Source of the DNA: an uncultured Chloroflexia bacterium
GTDB lineage: Bacteria; Chloroflexota; Anaerolineae; B4-G1; SLSP01
Length of the DNA: 64,000 nt
NCBI GenBank assembly: GCA_963751345.1
Contig: CAVVUS010000011.1
Span: 288,001-352,000, forward strand
Direction of reading: 5' to 3'
Made by a program: the position numbers and the translations under genes. Shown here piece by piece: positions 51,151-61,842 of the stretch (positions are counted from its first letter, which is position 1; every line of letters starts with the position of its first letter). The notes under the pieces were generated by a model. It was not told the origin of the DNA. It did not search any database and saw nothing but the letters and a program-made list of their open reading frames with translations.

Positions 51151-51371
51151 ACGCCGAGCGCACTCGAACAGCGCCCAAGGCTACTCGTGCCGAAGGTCTT
51201 GGGCGCTTCTGTTGTGCCGGGCGTAGCCCACGTGCCACGGAAGGTACCCCGAACGGCCACTCCAGAGGTCAGGGGGAACGCGCACGATTTCGGACCGCGT
51301 GCAGCCTGTCCTGAGCGCAGCCTCAGGATCTCGCCCGCTCTAGCCGCCTGCGTCGCCCACCTCTGCGAATC

Positions 51372-51400
51372 TTGACAAAGTACCCGCCCCTCTCCATAAT
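51372..51400 (+). promoter_or_regulatory. Sigma70-type promoter
   Basis: TTGACA-17 bp-CATAAT, upstream of AAGGAGG and ATG 51438. Confidence 0.75.
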
Positions 51401-51437
51401 CGGCGCTACACAGCTACCGATCGATAAGGAGGCCGCG

Positions 51438-52491
51438 ATGTCTGATTTGCTCCGTCGAGAGACGATGAAGGCCTTGGTCTGGGAAGGGCCTCGCGAGATG
51501 AGCCTGCACGATGAGCCGGTGCCATCCGTGGCTCCCGACGACGTGCTGGTCGAGGTGGCATACTGTGGCATCTGCGGGTCTGAACTGAGCGGCTACCTGG
51601 GCCACAATGCGCTGCGCGTGCCCCCGCTGATCATGGGTCACGAGTTCTCGGGCCGCATTGCTGCAGTCGGCGACGAAGTGCGGACGGGCTACCCCAACCT
51701 GGCCGTAGGCGTTAAGGTCACGGTGGATCCAATGGTCTACGATGGGACCTGCCGATATTGCCGGGAAGGACGCCAGCACCTGTGCCTGCACCGGAGTCTG
51801 ATCGGTGCCCACCGGCCCGGCGCTTTCGCCCAGTACGTCGCCGCCCCTGCCCATATGGTTTTCGCCCTGCCGCAGGCTATGGATCTCCGGACCGGGGCAC
51901 TGACCGAGCCGACGGCCTGCGCCGTGCGAATCGCCACCCTGATGGGTGACGTCGAGGGCCGGGACGTTCTCATCGTCGGTGCCGGGACGATCGGCCTGCT
52001 GACGCTGCAGGTCCTTCTGCACCAGGGTGCAGGGCGGGTTTTTGTCTCAGATACGAACCCAGCGCGACTGGCGATGGCGGGCGACCTCGGCGCGGACGCG
52101 ATGGATCCCACCCGAGATGGATGTCGTCGCATACGTCCGTGACCAGACGGGCGACCAAGGCGTGAGTCGCGCCTTGGATGCGGTCGGCAAGGCCGTCACG
52201 CGCAAGCAGTGCGTCTCGGCGACCGAGCGAGCGGGCCTCGTCCTGCTGAGCGGCCTCCACGAGGAGACGAGCGCCATGCCGGCGGCGGACATCATCCGCG
52301 GCGAGATCACCGTCCAGGGCAGCTTCTGCTACACACCGTCGGACGTCAGCCAGGCGATCTCACTCCTGGATGAGGGCGTGATAGCCATCGGGCCATGGGT
52401 GACAGAGGCACCGCTGGGCGATGGGCGGGCCTGGTTCGAACGCCTCGTCGGCGACCCGGGTAAGGTCGCGAAGGTGCTGTTGGTCCCCTAA
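51438..52491 (+). CDS. Zinc-dependent (MDR) sugar-alcohol/sugar-acid dehydrogenase; frameshift near 52110
   Basis: CGICGSE, GHEFSG, CRYC..HLC, GAGTIG. Confidence 0.88.
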
Positions 52492-52520
52492 CGACCGCGT
52501 AGTACCGCAGGAGGTGCGGG

Positions 52521-53675
52521 ATGAGAGATCACCGATGTGTCTGTCATTGCCTTTGAGGTGCCGCGTGAGGCTTTCCGTAACCGAGAGCTCATCACGGAGG
52601 GCACGACGCTCCAGACGCTGACCAAGATCACGACCGATGAGGGCGCTGAGGGATACTACTTCGGCGGGTCCGGGCACGGCGACCGCGACGGCCTGCTGCC
52701 GGATCAACGTGCTGCGCTCCTCGGCAAGGCCCGCTCGATGTTGATCGGAGAGGATCCCTTCGACCGCGAGAAGTTCTGGCACTGGATGTGGGTCTCCAAG
52801 ACGCCCGAGAATATCCTCAGCACCCTGGATATGGCGCTCTGGGATCTTCAGGCGCGGCACTTCGGTGTGCCGATCCACAAACTCCTGGGCGGCTGTCGAG
52901 ACAAGGTCAAGGCTTACGCGAGCACCTATCCCAATATGGGCACTCCCGAGGAGTACGCTGCACACGCGCTCGCCTGCCGGAAACAAGGCTATCACGCGTA
53001 CAAGATCCATCCCTATTACTTCGCCGACCCCAAGACGTTTGAGCCGACGCCGGGCGACCCTCTCACGTCAAGGCCGACGTCGAGGCGTGTGTCGCCGTGA
53101 GGGAGGCCGTCGGTGACGACATGGTGCTGATGTTCGATCCGTGGGGCACCTACTGCACCTATGAGGAGGCCCTGTGGGTAGGGCGCGAGCTGGAGAAGCT
53201 GGACTTCTACTGGTACGAGCATCCGATGCCCGAATATCGCGTCCACGCCTATGAGAAGCTGGCGCGCGAGCTCGACATCCCGATTCTCTCCCCCGAAATC
53301 GCGGAGGGCAGCCTCTACACACGGGCCGACTGGATCATGCGGGACGCCTCGGACATGACGCGCATCGACGTCCTGCGCGGCGGGATCACCGGCGTCAAGA
53401 AGATGGTCTCGGTTGCCGAGGCGTACGGCGTCAGGTGCGAGATCCACATGAGCGGCTTCGGCAACCTCCAGATCCTGGGGGCCACGAGCGAGGACACGTG
53501 CGAGTATTACGAGCGCGGGCTCCTCGCGCCCGGCGTCGACTGCAACACGCCCCCTCCCTACCTCAAGACGCTATGCGATCCGATGGACGACCAGGGCTAT
53601 GTGAGTGTGCCCCAGGGCCCGGGGATGGGATACGACATCGATTGGGACTATATCGAGGACCATCGCATCGGGTGA
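52521..53675 (+). CDS. Mandelate racemase/enolase superfamily dehydratase; frameshifts near 52525 and 53060
   Basis: LDMALWDL, PIHKLLGG, YKIH, LMFD, WYEHP, GGIT, PQGPGMG. Confidence 0.85.
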
Positions 53676-53758
53676 GATCGGTTGCTGAGTCCATCATTGG
53701 GGACTAAGATAGCAGACAGACAAGCTGTAGGGCATACTTATCTGCCAGGAGGCACAAA

Positions 53759-54835
53759 ATGGCAATGACATTCGCCGGTATTCAGGACCTGTTGGGCAAT
53801 GAGGCCGATTCGCTGTTGGGGCACAAGTGTGAGACGATCCTCAAGGAGCAACTGCATCTGCCGGGACCCGATTTTGTTGATCGGGTGGTGGCGCTGAGCG
53901 ACCGGCCCACACCCGTACTGCGCAATCTCCAGAGCCTCTTCGATCATGGCCGTCTGGGCGGGACCGGCTATCTGTCCATCCTGCCCGTTGATCAGGGCAT
54001 CGAGCACTCGGCCGGCGCCTCGTTCGCGCCGAACCCGATCTACTTCGATCCCGCGTATATCGTCGAACTCGCGATGGCGGGGGGCTGCAACGCCGTCGCA
54101 TCGACGCTCGGGGTCCTGGGCGCATGCGCCCGGAAGTACGCCCACAAGATCCCCTTCATCGTCAAGTTCAACCATAACGAACTGCTCACCTATCCGAATC
54201 GCTTCGACCAGATCTTCTTCGCTCAGATTGACCAGGCCTTCGATATGGGCGCCGTCGCCGTGGGCGCGACGATCTACTTCGGTTCGGAAGAGTCCGCACG
54301 CCAGATCGTGGATGTGAGCAAGGCCTTCCACAAAGCGCACGAGCTGGGTATGGCGACGGTGCTCTGGTGCTATCTGCGGAACTCCGCGTTCAAGCGCGAC
54401 GGCAAAGACTACGCGGTCAGCGCCGATCTGACGGGTCAGGCTAATCACCTGGGCGTGACCATTGAGGCCGACATCATCAAGCAGAAGCAGCCCGAACTCA
54501 ACGGCGGTTACACCGCGCTCAACATGGGTGAGTCGAGCTACGGCAAGATCGACAAGCGGGTCTATACCGAGCTCACGACCGATCATCCCATCGATCTCTG
54601 TCGTTACCAGCTCGCCAACTGCTACATGGGGCGCTCCGGCCTCATCAACTCAGGCGGCGCCTCGGGCGATAATGACCTGGTCCAGGCCGTGCGCACCGCG
54701 GTCATCAATAAGCGCGCTGGAGGCACAGGCCTGATCAGCGGGCGGAAGGCCTTCCAGAAGCCGATGGATCAGGGGGTAGAGGTGCTCAACGCCATCCAGG
54801 ATGTCTATCTCTGTGATGAGGTAACGATCGCCTAG
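53759..54835 (+). CDS. fbaB: Class I fructose-bisphosphate aldolase (DhnA type)
   Basis: [47 protein letters not shown]. Confidence 0.95.
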   Translation: MAMTFAGIQDLLGNEADSLLGHKCETILKEQLHLPGPDFVDRVVALSDRPTPVLRNLQSLFDHGRLGGTGYLSILPVDQGIEHSAGASFAPNPIYFDPAYIVELAMAGGCNAVASTLGVLGACARKYAHKIPFIVKFNHNELLTYPNRFDQIFFAQIDQAFDMGAVAVGATIYFGSEESARQIVDVSKAFHKAHELGMATVLWCYLRNSAFKRDGKDYAVSADLTGQANHLGVTIEADIIKQKQPELNGGYTALNMGESSYGKIDKRVYTELTTDHPIDLCRYQLANCYMGRSGLINSGGASGDNDLVQAVRTAVINKRAGGTGLISGRKAFQKPMDQGVEVLNAIQDVYLCDEVTIA

Positions 54836-54855
54836 CGATCCCTGCATGGCTTAGC

Positions 54856-54893
54856 GACTGGACCAATCTTCCGAGATTGGTCCAGTCTTTTCT
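54856..54893 (+). terminator. Intrinsic terminator after fbaB
   Basis: GACTGGACCAATCT-TCCG-AGATTGGTCCAGTC followed by a T-tract. Confidence 0.8.
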
Positions 54894-54895
54894 GA

Positions 54896-55645
54896 CTACA
54901 CCTTCCCCACGGGCGCGACGTAGATGGCGAACTCATCCTCCCCGTCCACGCCGAGCAGCGCGTCCAACTCGCTCTGGTTGTATGCGGCGATGGCGCAGAC
55001 ACCCGCGCCGATGGACTCGGCAGCCAGATAGAGGTTCTGGCAGACGTGTCCGGCGTCGATGCTGACGAACTTCGGTGCCATCGCCCCGTAACGCCACTCC
55101 GTCCGGTAGGGCACCGCCGTCCAGATGAAGGTGACGGCGCTCGCCGCAATGAATGTCTGACCGTTGCAGGCTGCCGCTGCCATCATCGGCAGTTCCGGGT
55201 CCAACTTGAGCTGCAGCAGCCGGTGCTCTACCGAGAGATAGCGGTAGAGACCGATCTCCAATCCTTCTACGCGGTTGACGACCAGATAGGTCTCAAACGG
55301 GTGGCGCGCGCCGGCTGAGGGTACGGTGCGGCGCAGTGCGCCGCCGCCGCGCCAGGTCCCGTGGACGCCCTGGGTGGCCCAGACGAGATAGGAGAGCTCC
55401 TCCAGCGTCAGCGATTCCTCCGCATATGCCCGGTGGCTTTGCCGGCGTGCGATGGCCTCGCGAACCGACAGTGTTCCGACCGAGAACTCGTCCGGCGGCA
55501 CGAGCTCAACCTGCGGCAGGTCGGCAGCGAACGGCTGCTCCAACGGGGGATGGGGGAGGCGCTTCTGCTGGTCGGTGCCCATCTTCCCGAACTCTGACCA
55601 TAGCTTGCTTTTCAGAAACTCACGATCGCTCTTGCTGTTTGGCAT
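54896..55645 (-). CDS. SagB/ThcOx-family nitroreductase-like dehydrogenase
   Basis: RRQSHRAY, RRTVPSAGARHPFETY, DAGHVCQNLYLAA. Confidence 0.88.
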   Translation of the reverse strand: MPNSKSDREFLKSKLWSEFGKMGTDQQKRLPHPPLEQPFAADLPQVELVPPDEFSVGTLSVREAIARRQSHRAYAEESLTLEELSYLVWATQGVHGTWRGGGALRRTVPSAGARHPFETYLVVNRVEGLEIGLYRYLSVEHRLLQLKLDPELPMMAAAACNGQTFIAASAVTFIWTAVPYRTEWRYGAMAPKFVSIDAGHVCQNLYLAAESIGAGVCAIAAYNQSELDALLGVDGEDEFAIYVAPVGKV

Positions 55646-55661
55646 ATGGGGTTCCTCTCCT

Positions 55662-55736
55662 TGATGATCTTCTGGGAAACCAATCAGAGCCTTCCGGGAA
55701 GTTGCGCGGCACGCGCAGCTTCCCGGAAGGTCATCA
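55662..55736. repeat. Inverted-repeat element with two alternative left arms
   Basis: CCTTCCGGGAAGTTGCGCG-GCA-CGCGCAGCTTCCCGGAAGG (55690-55730); TGATGATCTTCTGGGAA (55662) can also pair with 55720-55736. Confidence 0.7.
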
Positions 55737-56207
55737 CCCTTGCTTGTATCCGACATCCGGCGGGAGATCCGGCTGCTGAGCGGCCTCCTTCGCCAGGATG
55801 TCGCATCGTTCGTTCCGGTGATTCCCCGCGTGGCCGCGAACCCAGACAAAGGCCACCTGATGCACTTTGCTTAGACGGAGCAGTTCCTCCCAGAGATCCG
55901 GGTTGAGCGCGGGCTCTTTCTTGTTGCGCATCCAGCCATTGGCGCGCCACCGTTCCGCCCAGCCCTTGGTCATCGCGTTCACCAGATACTGCGAGTCCGT
56001 GTGCAGGGTAACCTGACAGGGCTCCTTCAGGGCTTTCAGCGCCTCGATGGCTGCCAGAATCTCCATCCGGTTGTTGGTTGTGTGCCGGAAACCGCCGGAT
56101 AGCTCTCTTTCGTAGTCCCCGTGCTGGAGGATGACACCGTAGCCGCCCGGTCCGGGGTTCCCGAGCGCGCTGCCATCGGTGTAGGCGATCACGTGTTTTT
56201 TGTTCAT
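55734..56207 (-). CDS. rnhA: Ribonuclease HI
   Basis: [44 protein letters not shown]. Confidence 0.97.
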   Translation of the reverse strand: MNKKHVIAYTDGSALGNPGPGGYGVILQHGDYERELSGGFRHTTNNRMEILAAIEALKALKEPCQVTLHTDSQYLVNAMTKGWAERWRANGWMRNKKEPALNPDLWEELLRLSKVHQVAFVWVRGHAGNHRNERCDILAKEAAQQPDLPPDVGYKQG

Positions 56208-56213
56208 AGGCGT

Positions 56214-56280
56214 ATTGTAAGGAACGCGTCAGGAAAGACAACAACCCGTCAGTTGCCTTCTTCCGATCTCTGGGTATAGT
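56214..56280. promoter_or_regulatory. Back-to-back sigma70-like promoters, each with -10 six nt before an ATG (leaderless-type)
   Basis: Minus strand: TTGTCT-16-TACAAT-6-ATG (rnhA). Plus strand: TTGCCT-16-TATAGT-6-ATG (56287). Confidence 0.55.
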
Positions 56281-56286
56281 GGATCT

Positions 56287-57647
56287 ATGTCCTGCGCAAC
56301 GATGAGCAAGGGTCAGGTGGGGCAGAGGGTACGGCGCCGAGTGCGCCTGTGCGGTGCGTGCAGGGTCACCGCATGAAGCTCCCTTTGTTCATCCGCTGAA
56401 GCTTCGGCTGATCCTGCGTCGTGTGCTCTCGCCTCTGCTTGCCGACTACGACCTCAATTCCGATCCCCACGCCGACCGAGCCGGCTGGCCTCGCTCTGAC
56501 TGCCGTGCCGCAAGAGCGGACGCTTCAGGCTGCACCGCCCATACCCACGGTCGCGACCGCGCCAATGATGGCGCCGACGAATCCCGCGAGTGCATCTGCC
56601 GCAACCGCGGTCGAGCCGCCGGCAGCGGTGGCGGTGCCCGCAGAGCCCACGGCCGAGATCGCGGCTGCAGCATCGTACACTGTGCAGCCGGGGGACACAC
56701 TGTTGGGCATCGCGATGAAGTTCGATGTGCCCATGGCCGCTGTCCAATTGCGGAACAATCTGGGAGAGGCCACCACAGTCCGCCTGGACCAGGTGCTGGA
56801 GATCCCCGCCTCACAGGCGTGGCCCGACGCCTCGCCGTTCTGGATCCTGCACGAGGTCACATCCGGGGAGACGTTCGGTGAAATTGCTGCAGCCTATGGG
56901 CTGGCTTTGGGTGACCTCCAGGCCGCCAACGCGTCCCTGACTCGGATCTCATCTGCGGTCGGCCAGGACTCGTCCTCCCCCTCGGCTATCCGGCTGATCT
57001 GCTCGCGAAGGCCAGTCGTCGCATCCGATGACGTCGCACCGGCTCCGGAACCAACCGCAACGCTCGCCGCCGTCGCGCAGGCGGAGCCCGAGTCCCTGCT
57101 GGCGGCCGATTCGGTCGCGGTGACTGAGGGGGACGCGGAGGCGGATCCGCCCGCCGTCGAGGAGCGGCGGTGCGAGCTCCGCCCGACCCACTACCGACAG
57201 AAGCGCCGGAGTCGCCCGATACGGCGCTCCCGCTCCGCCCCGGATCTCGCCGCACTGCCCGGTGAGATCTTCCGCCTGCTTAACGAGCAGCGCGCCGCCT
57301 ACGGGCTTCCGGCGCTCCTGTGGAACGACACGCTTGCCTCCGCAGCGCAGCGGCACGCCGATGATTGCGAGGCGCAGGGTTGGTGCGGACACACCGGCTC
57401 GGATGGCTCAAGCTATAGGGACCGCATAATCCGCGAGGGGTATGACCCCGTGCGATGGTCGGAGTGCTGGGCCTGGTACGGCTCTGCGGAGCGCGCGGTC
57501 GCCATGTGGATGGACGAGGCGCCTCCCAATGATCCCCACCGCCGGACGATTCTGAGCGATTACCTCACAGAGGTCGGCGTGGGGGTCGTGCCAGGCAACG
57601 GCTTTGGGTATTACTTCATCGCCGATTTCGGTACGCCCAACAACTGA
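56287..57647 (+). CDS. LysM-LysM-CAP (SCP) domain protein; several probable frameshifts, start uncertain
   Basis: YTVQPGDTLLGIA, HEVTSGETFGEIA, LNEQRAAYGL..AAQRHA..HTGSDGS..HRRTIL..VGVG. Confidence 0.8.
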
Positions 57648-57797
57648 GCTCGTGGCTCCCGGTCGTTGCCGAGACGGGGCGGCGCCCCGTCTTGCGGACG
57701 CAGCGTGACCACCGCTGATCGGCGTTCTACGCCGCAGGCCGGATCTCCATGTGCGATGGTCACGCGGCGTGCAGGAAGACGCGCCACCGGTGCGTCT

Positions 57798-59282
57798 CTA
57801 CGATAGCCCATATTTTCGCGACAGGAACTCGTCGGCGGGCTGTTTGAGCATCAGGTGGAGCAGCAAATCCCGCTGGGTCCTGATGAACGGCAGATCGCCG
57901 ACGGCGATGTCCTCAAGCACCGGGTGCAGGTAGGAGGCGGGCCGGTAGCGCATAGGCTCCTCGCCGCTGCCCAGGACCGCTTGTACGACCTCCGGATTGG
58001 GTGGTACCGGCGTTCGCCCAAACTCACCGCGCAGCAACATCCTGAACTCATTGGAGACCATCTGGTATCGCCCCATCATCACGTTGAACGTGGCCTGCGC
58101 GCCGACGATTTGGCTGGTGGGCGTCACCAGCGGAACGTAGCCGACGTCGGCGCGGACCCGCGGTACCTCCTCCAGGATCTCGCCAAGCCGCGCCTCTTGC
58201 CCCATCTGCTGCAGCTGGTTGTGGAGGTTCGACAGCATGCCGCCGGGGATCTGGGCGTCGAGGATCTCGTCATCGTGAGCGGGGTATCCCAGGGATCCAA
58301 GCAAGTCACGCATCAGGGCCCGTGCGCGCCGCAAGTCCTGCGCCTCTGCTTTTTCGACCAAGGCCAGGATCTCGTCGACGCGCCGCCGGTCGACGTCGGC
58401 ATACGAGATGGGGCGATGGGTCCGGTTGTCGTCTGAGATGAAAGGCGCCAGCTGCTCGAAGGCATCGAAGAGCTTCGCCTGGGCCTTGAGGATCATAGCT
58501 TTGTCGAGGCCGTGTTCGATACCCATGGCCTCTGCAAAAACGATCAGGACTTCTACCGGCGGGTGCGAGGTGCCACCGGCAAAGGGTGTGATCGCCGTAT
58601 CGATCACGTCGATCCCTTCCTGCATGGCAATCACGGCATTCAGAGTGGCAAGTCCGGTCGTCGTGTGCCCGTGGAAGCCCACCGGTACCTTGAGGGCAGC
58701 TTTGAGCCTATGGAAGAGCTCTAGGGCGTCGGCAGGGCGCAGCAGTCCCGCCATATCCTTGACCGCGACCCGATCTGCCCCCTCATCTTCCAGCCGCTGC
58801 CCCAGGGCCACGTAGTAATCGGTCGTGTGAACGGGGCTGACGGTGTAGCTCATGGCGGCCTCGACCTGGCCCCCGTAGGCTTTGACGGCCAACATCGCGA
58901 TCTGGAGGTTGCGCCAGTCGTTGAGCGCATCGAAGATGCGTATGAGGCCTGTGCCCGAACGAACCGCTTCTCGCACGAACGCGATCACGAGATCGTCGGG
59001 AAAGGGCTGGTAGGCAAAGAGATTCTGTCCTCTGAGTAGCGTCCGTAGTTTCTTGGGTTCCTCGAGCACGCGGTGGAATGCGTCCAGGCGCTCCCAGGGA
59101 TCCTCGTCGAGATAGCGAACACAACTGTCCAATGTCGCGCCGCCCCAAAGCTCAATAGCCTGGTAGCCCACGCGGCGGATGATGTCGAGGACGCCCGTGG
59201 CCTGCGCCGTGGTCATCCTCGTGGCTGCGAGGCTCTGTTGCCCGTCTCGCAGCGTTAGATCGGCGAATTCGATGCGATGCAA
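57798..59282 (-). CDS. Carboxyltransferase subunit (pyruvate carboxylase B / OadA / transcarboxylase 5S family) without biotin carrier domain
   Basis: TLRDGQQSL, ELWGGAT, EDPWERL, LLRGQN, KDMAG, HGH, QIPGGMLSN, PLVTPTSQIVG; TTG start after GAAAGGGAG. Confidence 0.9.
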   Translation of the reverse strand: MHRIEFADLTLRDGQQSLAATRMTTAQATGVLDIIRRVGYQAIELWGGATLDSCVRYLDEDPWERLDAFHRVLEEPKKLRTLLRGQNLFAYQPFPDDLVIAFVREAVRSGTGLIRIFDALNDWRNLQIAMLAVKAYGGQVEAAMSYTVSPVHTTDYYVALGQRLEDEGADRVAVKDMAGLLRPADALELFHRLKAALKVPVGFHGHTTTGLATLNAVIAMQEGIDVIDTAITPFAGGTSHPPVEVLIVFAEAMGIEHGLDKAMILKAQAKLFDAFEQLAPFISDDNRTHRPISYADVDRRRVDEILALVEKAEAQDLRRARALMRDLLGSLGYPAHDDEILDAQIPGGMLSNLHNQLQQMGQEARLGEILEEVPRVRADVGYVPLVTPTSQIVGAQATFNVMMGRYQMVSNEFRMLLRGEFGRTPVPPNPEVVQAVLGSGEEPMRYRPASYLHPVLEDIAVGDLPFIRTQRDLLLHLMLKQPADEFLSRKYGLS

Positions 59283-59295
59283 TGCTGACTCCCTT

Positions 59296-60078
59296 TCATA
59301 TAATAATGGCCCCCACAAGACAGAGACCCATCCCAACGGCTCCGGCCACGGCGGGGCCGTAGAGCGGCCAAATGACAATCTGTCCGACACTCTCCATCAG
59401 CCAGGTGAGCGCGTAGATCAGGCTGAGTGCCGCCCACGGGGTATCCGCGGATGGCATGATCCGGATCACCGCCCACGTCATGAGCGCGGACACGGCGAAC
59501 CATCCCGCGTAGTTGGTCCAGGGAACGCCGAAGAATCCTGCGCCTTGCTGGGGCTCGCCGTCCGGCCCGGACCACGTCCATAGATGCCACGCGACCATCT
59601 GAGGGTCCAGAAACAGATCCCAGGCCGTGAATGCCAGCGCGCTCGCCAGGATGAAGAGCACCCCTTGATGGCTGCCGGAGATCGCGCCGCCAACCGCCCA
59701 CGCAGGGGGCAGCATCATCAGCCACGCCAGCGGGATCTGCACGGGTACTTTGCCTAGCTGCGGCTGCAGCCGGTCGGTATAGGCATACCTACCGAAGGGG
59801 AAGCCCGTGTGTAAGCCTACGAACTCCGCCGACCAGGCCAGGACCGCAACGGTAGCAACCACGAGCAGCGAGGGCCCGACGCCCCATGCGGGGATCAGGA
59901 TGGCAACCACAGTGGAGGCCTGAAGTAACACGCCGGCGTTGATGCACCATACCTGCGCTCTTTCTCCCCAACGTACCTGGAGGGTGGGGAGGCTGATCAT
60001 CACCGCAAGCCAGGCGATCATCAGGTAGATGGCCGGCAGGGTCAACTGCTGGGGCAAGGCCGCGAGCCAGCTTACCAT
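59296..60078 (-). CDS. Carotenoid biosynthesis protein (CruF/DUF422 family)
   Basis: E.VGLHTGFPFGRYAYT, VP.QIPLAW, WDLFLDP, W.W, GVPWTNYAGW. Confidence 0.85.
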   Translation of the reverse strand: MVSWLAALPQQLTLPAIYLMIAWLAVMISLPTLQVRWGERAQVWCINAGVLLQASTVVAILIPAWGVGPSLLVVATVAVLAWSAEFVGLHTGFPFGRYAYTDRLQPQLGKVPVQIPLAWLMMLPPAWAVGGAISGSHQGVLFILASALAFTAWDLFLDPQMVAWHLWTWSGPDGEPQQGAGFFGVPWTNYAGWFAVSALMTWAVIRIMPSADTPWAALSLIYALTWLMESVGQIVIWPLYGPAVAGAVGMGLCLVGAIII

Positions 60079-61096
60079 GCAGGAGGATTCCGAGCATCCG
60101 GGCCGGCGTGGTCAACAGCGGGGCGACATCGCCGCCGATCTCCATCCCCGCATAGCGGCCTGTATCCTCGAAGAGTCGTGGCCCCGGTGTGACGTGCGAT
60201 CATGCGCACGTCGACCGTGGCGCTGAGGGTCTCCGGGACAGGACGTCCCATGTCGACCCTGCTCGGCCCGCGCAGCCTGCCCGTCTCGGCCCGCGGGCCC
60301 CGGATCTCGAGACGATAGAGTGCGTCCTCCACAGTCCAGTGCAGCTCATTGTCGGCGACGGCCAGGTGGGTAGTCCTGGCTCCCGTGTACGTCGCGAAGC
60401 GATACAGCGTGCCACTGGTGGTAGAGGCCGATGATGAAGCCCGGGAAGGCTCGTCCGATCCACGGTATCATCGCGATCGAAGCCGTGAGACAGACGCCCG
60501 GCGTGCTGAAGTGGTTGGACTGCGTCCATACCCAGCCGGAGGGGAACGATTGTCCCCAATCCTTCTCAATGTAGCCTCGCCCGTCCCCGAAGTCGTAGCT
60601 CGCCGATCCTGCGCTCAGGCTCCCACTCAAGCCGTGGTCCAGGCTAAGGACGCCGTGGTAGCACTCCATCCGCGGGACCCAGGCATACCATCCCATAATG
60701 CCCGGCGATGCGAGGGTCACCGGCCATGGCTTGGGGTCGGTCAAAACGAATGTTACCCTTGAGCGGAATCTCGGTCTCCTGCAGGTCAAGCTCCATTCCC
60801 CGCCAGGAGAACCGGTTTGGCCCCACGCGCACGTCGAGTGTCTGCTCCCGGGCGGAGAACGCCGACACCGGGTATCGCCGGTAGACCGTCTGGCCTGAGA
60901 CCCCGTCCAGCACCTGGACGAAGCTGTGCGGGCCGCCGCCGCGCTCGCCCAATGAGATGCCGGGAATGATCGCGTACCGGTGCTGCTCGCTTGCATCCAC
61001 CAATTTGAAGTACCAACCCTCGAAGTAGGCCCGACGCTGGCCGCGCCCGTGGTAGCCCTCGGGGTACATCTGGCTGGCGATGATCGGCAGCATCAC
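60072..61096 (-). CDS. Tocopherol cyclase family protein; frameshifts near 60780, 60410 and 60170
   Basis: YFEGWYFK, AIIPG, GIMGWY..MECYHGVLS, GRGYIEKDWGQSFP..W.WTQSN. Confidence 0.85.
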
Positions 61097-61551
61097 GCCT
61101 CCTCCGGATCGGAGCCGAGAAGCAGAGCGTGGGCCAGATCAAAGAGCAGGAGGAAGGCGCCCTGAACGGCGATGCCCCATCCGGTTCCCTTCGAGAAGCG
61201 ACTGCCGCGTCCTTTTCTGGCGGCAAGTGAGAGGCCCCCGGCAACGTATCCGGCGTCCAGACCGACGTTGATCCACAGCAGCCGGCGCAGGGCCAACCTG
61301 ACTCTCCTTTGTTCGAGTGCGGTGTGCGCTTCCGGGACGCCGGATCGGCGTCGTGCCTGGGATAACCCAAGCCGGCCGATGGTCGCGTTGATGGCACCCC
61401 AGCCGATGGCCTGCGTCCCAAAGCCGGCATAGAACCGGTCGGGCAGTCTGCGGATGAGTGCGCCTGCACCCATGCTCACGCGGCCCCATTGCAGGAGCTG
61501 CCGGGCTAGAGTGGCCTGGGCCTGCCAAATGTCGCCATGGACGTCGCTCAC
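61093..61551 (-). CDS. Hypothetical membrane protein (DUF6992-like)
   Basis: LLQWG, GWGAIN, LLWINVGLDAGYV, G.GIAVQGAFLLLFD; GTG after GGAGGAGG. Confidence 0.7.
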   Translation of the reverse strand: MSDVHGDIWQAQATLARQLLQWGRVSMGAGALIRRLPDRFYAGFGTQAIGWGAINATIGRLGLSQARRRSGVPEAHTALEQRRVRLALRRLLWINVGLDAGYVAGGLSLAARKGRGSRFSKGTGWGIAVQGAFLLLFDLAHALLLGSDPEEA

Positions 61552-61842
61552 ATTCACCTCCTCCATAACACCGAACTGCCGCCTTAGTTCCGCTGTTGGG
61601 CCGAAAGGATGAAACAGCGGCTGACTGACCGTGCCTGCCACGAGATTACGTATTCTACCAGCCTGTGGCCCGTGGTGTAGTGTGGCGGGGGTGATGTGCG
61701 ATTGGAGAAGGTGCAAACGATCGCTTGGTTTGGGGAGATGCGTGCGGGGGAGACTGGCGTGCGTACATATGAGAGACGTCCATCCCGTGCGTCTCGACGT
61801 CATGCAGGATGGCGTGGTACAACTCGGCTGCTGCTCCGCACG

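Noticed and set aside
54896-55645. RiPP (azole) biosynthetic cluster around the SagB-like gene
   Set aside because: No YcaO, E1-like protein or precursor peptide nearby; stand-alone SagB-family genes are common
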